Virus record (IMG/VR): IMGVR_UViG_3300029258_003973 | Origin: an uncultured virus (IMG/VR IMGVR_UViG_3300029258_003973) | Taxonomy: Duplodnaviria > Heunggongvirae > Uroviricota > Caudoviricetes | Strand: one strand, 5' to 3' | Length of the DNA: 64,000 bases | Translations under genes and position numbers: made by a program | In this document: positions 60,578 to 64,000 of the stretch, piece after piece | Position numbering within the stretch: position 1 is the stretch's first letter | How the letters are laid out: each line of letters starts with the position of its first letter | Notes under the pieces: generated by a model | Told to the model about the DNA's origin: nothing | The model's database searches: none | Seen by the model: the letters and a program-made list of their open reading frames with translations, nothing else

Positions 60578-61922
60578 GACTGCAGACAACAACAAAGACA
60601 CACAGGGAAAAGGAACTATTACGCCACCAGATCAGAAGAAGATGAGACTCCTCATCTGTGGAGACTCCCTGGACCAATCCACTGGTTTGGGCTATGTTGC
60701 TGCCTCCCTAATAAGGTTCTTTGATGCTACAGGGTTGTACGAGATATCATACGCAACTATAGCAGGCAAGGATACTACATTAGAGGGGGCTGGGAAGATA
60801 CAGGGTGATGGTTTCAGAGAGATAATGGAAGGGAAGAAGATAGCTAATGTCCAGGTAAACCAAAAGGATAAAGGCATTCTGATGGAGAAAGTAATAGAAG
60901 ACATAGCACCAGAAATGGTGCTCTCTATTCACGACCCCTGGTACTTTGATACTATCGCCTTTTCAGCTTTCAGGGATTCTTTCTACTGGGTCTGTTACGT
61001 TACTGTGGAAGTTCCCGAGTACCCACCAATAGTAATGAGCAGGTCCCCCATTATGCAATCACCCAGAAAACCCATAAGGGACATGCTGGCTAGGGCAGAT
61101 CTTGTAATTCCCGTAACATCCGTAGGATATGACATGTTCACAAAACACATGAAACTTACTAACGTATCTGAGTACTGTTATCTTGGAGTAGATTACAGTT
61201 CCAGATGCATAGAAGATGTGTCAAAAGAGGAGGCATTCGGAGATGCTAGCGAGGATTCTTTTGTGTTTATGACTATGGGTTTTAACTCCGAAAGGAAGAG
61301 GATGGATAAGCTGGTAGAAGCATTCTATAAGTTCAGAAAGAAGATGGGAAACAATAACAAGTACAAGTTGTATATTCATTCTGATCTGAATGCTCCAACC
61401 GGTGGTACTGATATAATGACTATGATACAGTCTTTAGACCTCACAGCCTGTGTGTTAGTACCATATGGCTACCGGGCTGGTATAGGAACAGACAAGGCAA
61501 CTCTATACAGAAGATATAAGGCAGCAGATTGCTATATAGCCATGCCTTCCGGCGAAGGATTCGGGTATGGGTATGCTGAGTCTATGATGCATGGGAAACC
61601 GGTCATATATAGCAACTACGGTGGACATACTTGTTATTGCCACGATAGAGGGGTACCTGTAAAGATCTCTGATTTCGTATACGCCAAATATGCATATATG
61701 AAGTGGGCAATAGTAGATACAGATGATGCTGCCAGAGCTATGGCTAGAATAGTTGGAGATAGTAAACTGAGAGAAGCATTGTCAAAGAAGGGAGAGGAGT
61801 TTGTCAGGAAAGAACTAGATTGGCCTATAGTATTCGAGAAGTTTCACAGACTATTCAGAGAAGCATATAAGCCTAACAACATAAGTATGCTTGCCGGCAT
61901 ACCTATGAAAAGACTGGTATAG
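60564..61922 (+). CDS. Glycosyltransferase, GT4/GT-B family (452 aa)
   Basis: STGLGYV, NSERKRMD, ADCYIAMPSGEGFGYGYAESMMHGKPVI (E-x7-E). Confidence 0.92.
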   Translation: MTGTETADNNKDTQGKGTITPPDQKKMRLLICGDSLDQSTGLGYVAASLIRFFDATGLYEISYATIAGKDTTLEGAGKIQGDGFREIMEGKKIANVQVNQKDKGILMEKVIEDIAPEMVLSIHDPWYFDTIAFSAFRDSFYWVCYVTVEVPEYPPIVMSRSPIMQSPRKPIRDMLARADLVIPVTSVGYDMFTKHMKLTNVSEYCYLGVDYSSRCIEDVSKEEAFGDASEDSFVFMTMGFNSERKRMDKLVEAFYKFRKKMGNNNKYKLYIHSDLNAPTGGTDIMTMIQSLDLTACVLVPYGYRAGIGTDKATLYRRYKAADCYIAMPSGEGFGYGYAESMMHGKPVIYSNYGGHTCYCHDRGVPVKISDFVYAKYAYMKWAIVDTDDAARAMARIVGDSKLREALSKKGEEFVRKELDWPIVFEKFHRLFREAYKPNNISMLAGIPMKRLV

Positions 61923-61932
61923 GGGGGACAAC

Positions 61933-63357
61933 GTGAAAGTATTGTTTATAGCACCTGTTGATAAGTTTTCACTAAAAGATTCAGGATATGGGACCGCAGC
62001 AGCCGGAATAGCACTTGTCCTAGAGAAGATGAAGAAAGAGGGCAAGATTGATGACGTACTTTATATGAATACTTCAAAGTTATCGAAGAACGATATGCCC
62101 AAAGAACGTGTAGATGTTTCCATAACAGTAGTACATCCAAACACTTTCTTGCATTTCAGTCCGGGGCTAGATCTGTTGCAGAAAGCTATAGAGATGTCAG
62201 ATAGGAAATTCCTAAGTATAGTGTGGGAAACTGACAGACTTCCTGCGTCATGGACACCTATATTTGAAAGGAACATATTTGACGCCTTTATCACCCCATC
62301 ATATTTCGTTGCTGATCTTATACTAGATAGGACAGACAGACCTGTCTACTATTACCCGCACTATATACACATACCAGATATTCCTACTGTAGATATAAAT
62401 GATAAGTTGGATGAAAACACATTTACCTTACTATATATCGGTCAGGATACTATGAGAAAGGGGATGCAGGATGCTATCATATCATACCTAAGAGCCCTTC
62501 ATTCCGCAGAGGACACACGTTTAGTCCTAAAATATCACAGGCTTTCCGACAAAGAGATTGACACCCAGACTATGATATATCATACGACTATAACTAATTC
62601 TTCCAAGCCAAAGACAAGAGTATATTCTATTACTCACATGCTGGATAGGAAAGAAATGTATGCTCTATATCATATGTCATCATGCCTGTTGTTCCCTTCC
62701 AGAGGGGAAGGATTTGGGCTACCGGTTGCGGAAGCCATGTCTGCGGGGATTCCAGTAATATATACAAACTGGTCTTCTATCCCAGAAGTGGCAGCTGCCC
62801 CTGGAAACATTCCTCTGGAATACACTCTCGACGAAGCTGTAGGGATGTTTCACCATGGGTATGATATAGGGTCAAAGTATTCTGTTCCCAGCATTTCTTC
62901 ATGTATGGCGGCAATAACGTCGAAATACACTGAATGGAAGCAAAGCAAAGAGGACTATTATGGTGCAGTCAAAGACAACCGTGGTATAATCGACAGGAAG
63001 TTCGGGTACGAATCAGTTTCAGCATGTATAGAACACTTCATACATATGAAAGATGGGTTTGCTCCGAAGTCGGTTGGCGAGGTAATGGGTTATGAAGAAC
63101 CATCCAGAAGAAGAAAGGAGATTGCTGATGGAAATAATGCCGGGGGTCACAATATCCTGCAAGGAGGACAAAGATTCCCAGAGCCCGTCGGACCGCCCTC
63201 CCTGCTTAACGAGGACCCAGATCAGTCTGGGGAAGACAATAGACTGGTGTGTACAGACCTCCCTGATACTGAGGAGTCAGGACCCGAGTCTGACAATAGA
63301 AGCAATCAAGATGAAGGTGAAACAGGTTCTGATGAAAGACCTGGCGAAATATCCTAA
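61933..63357 (+). CDS. Glycosyltransferase, GT4/GT-B family, with acidic disordered tail (474 aa)
   Basis: SGYGTAA, VWETDRLP, RKG, FPSRGEGFGLPVAEAMSAGIPVI; GTG start after GGGGG. Confidence 0.92.
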   Translation: MKVLFIAPVDKFSLKDSGYGTAAAGIALVLEKMKKEGKIDDVLYMNTSKLSKNDMPKERVDVSITVVHPNTFLHFSPGLDLLQKAIEMSDRKFLSIVWETDRLPASWTPIFERNIFDAFITPSYFVADLILDRTDRPVYYYPHYIHIPDIPTVDINDKLDENTFTLLYIGQDTMRKGMQDAIISYLRALHSAEDTRLVLKYHRLSDKEIDTQTMIYHTTITNSSKPKTRVYSITHMLDRKEMYALYHMSSCLLFPSRGEGFGLPVAEAMSAGIPVIYTNWSSIPEVAAAPGNIPLEYTLDEAVGMFHHGYDIGSKYSVPSISSCMAAITSKYTEWKQSKEDYYGAVKDNRGIIDRKFGYESVSACIEHFIHMKDGFAPKSVGEVMGYEEPSRRRKEIADGNNAGGHNILQGGQRFPEPVGPPSLLNEDPDQSGEDNRLVCTDLPDTEESGPESDNRSNQDEGETGSDERPGEIS

Positions 63358-63379
63358 TATAGAGGTTCTAATTGACTAG
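63092..63379 (+). CDS. Hypothetical protein (95 aa; alternative start 63128) overlapping the glycosyltransferase tail
   Basis: SD-like GAGGT before 63092 and AAGGAG before 63128; amphipathic C-terminus. Confidence 0.5.
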   Translation: MKNHPEEERRLLMEIMPGVTISCKEDKDSQSPSDRPPCLTRTQISLGKTIDWCVQTSLILRSQDPSLTIEAIKMKVKQVLMKDLAKYPNIEVLID

Positions 63380-63794
63380 TGAAGATACAAACATAGACCC
63401 TTCCTCTGTTCACTCTACTACAAACCAGGCTAATATCAAGATGATTGATAGAAACATAGCCGTGTTCGTAAATGATCATGGGAAAGTGACCCCTATACTT
63501 ATCGTTGCCAGAGCCAAGGTAGATGGAATAGAGTATGCAGCATTGTTTGACACGAGTACAAAGAAGGCGTACGCTGTAGAGGTCGTAAGAGAAGTAGGAG
63601 AGATCAAATACTTCAGGGATCTTGATGGTCCTAACCAGGATGAGGAGTGGGCAGTAATAAGTAACTATTTTCTTAAAGAGAAAGTATATGATCAGAATAG
63701 GATATCTATGTGGATATGGAATACTGCCAGGGAATCAGTAAGAACTGGCAAAATGGCGCCAGGTATCAAAATGTCTAGAATGTCTAATATCTAG
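63372..63794 (+). CDS. DUF1292-like hypothetical protein (140 aa)
   Basis: VDGIEYAALF..AYAVEV..FRDLD..DEEWAVISNYF pattern. Confidence 0.5.
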   Translation: MTSEDTNIDPSSVHSTTNQANIKMIDRNIAVFVNDHGKVTPILIVARAKVDGIEYAALFDTSTKKAYAVEVVREVGEIKYFRDLDGPNQDEEWAVISNYFLKEKVYDQNRISMWIWNTARESVRTGKMAPGIKMSRMSNI

Positions 63795-63943
63795 ATATCA
63801 TCAGGATAATCTATTACATCAGTGGGATCCTCATCAGTGATAACAAATCCAACAGAATCACACCCACAACAGTATATATCTTCCTCGGTGCCTTCCCATT
63901 CGTTCTCACACTTCTGGCAATAGTATTTGTAATTATGCTCCAT
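63791..63943 (-). CDS. Small zinc-ribbon protein (50 aa)
   Basis: YYCQKCENEWE...CCGCDS; AGAGAGG SD before ATG 63943. Confidence 0.6.
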   Translation of the reverse strand: MEHNYKYYCQKCENEWEGTEEDIYCCGCDSVGFVITDEDPTDVIDYPDDI

Positions 63944-64000
63944 GGTTGTTAACCTCTCTACCAAATAGTCTTTCATTCTCGGACACACGTTTTGCTGTAT

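Larger units (their letters stand above)
1..64000. mobile_element. Segment of a large contractile-tailed bacteriophage genome (virion structural module plus replication/modification genes)
   Basis: Near-gapless coding with TAATG/ATGA stop-start overlaps; baseplate hub, gp25-like and baseplate J-like genes, fibre-like genes, primase-helicase fusion, RuvC; no cellular housekeeping genes. Confidence 0.92.

Noticed and set aside
1..64000. tRNA, rRNA, introns or inteins
   Set aside because: Almost no intergenic space, no cloverleaf signatures noticed, and no intein ends or homing-endonuclease motifs seen in the primase-helicase or polymerase. Inspection by eye only.

Overview
The whole window looks like part of a large tailed (myovirus-type) bacteriophage genome. 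Bases 56-55295 are one densely packed + strand virion module. It starts with three very large cysteine-free proteins. The third (6237-12602, 2121 aa) carries, in the correct order in one chain, diverged counterparts of the beta and beta' catalytic motifs of two-barrel RNA polymerases (FSMRGVI, R-A-P, GDQDMD), making it a candidate virion-packaged single-polypeptide RNA polymerase. Next come a tandem SNase-fold protein, a 2760-aa M23-peptidase/baseplate-hub protein, gp25-like and baseplate-J-like proteins, acidic baseplate/tail proteins (one dockerin-like; several enriched in Ser-Gly motifs) and three paralogous FG-GAP beta-propeller fibre proteins. Bases 55296-59341 (- strand) encode a C39-like protein, a Cas4/AddB-like Fe-S nuclease-fold protein and a DnaG-DnaB primase-helicase fusion. 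Bases 59449-63794 (+ strand) encode a sigma-region-4-like protein, RuvC, two GT4 glycosyltransferases and small proteins. No tRNA, rRNA, CRISPR array, integrase or reverse transcriptase was seen. All family assignments come from motifs read by eye; no database search was run.
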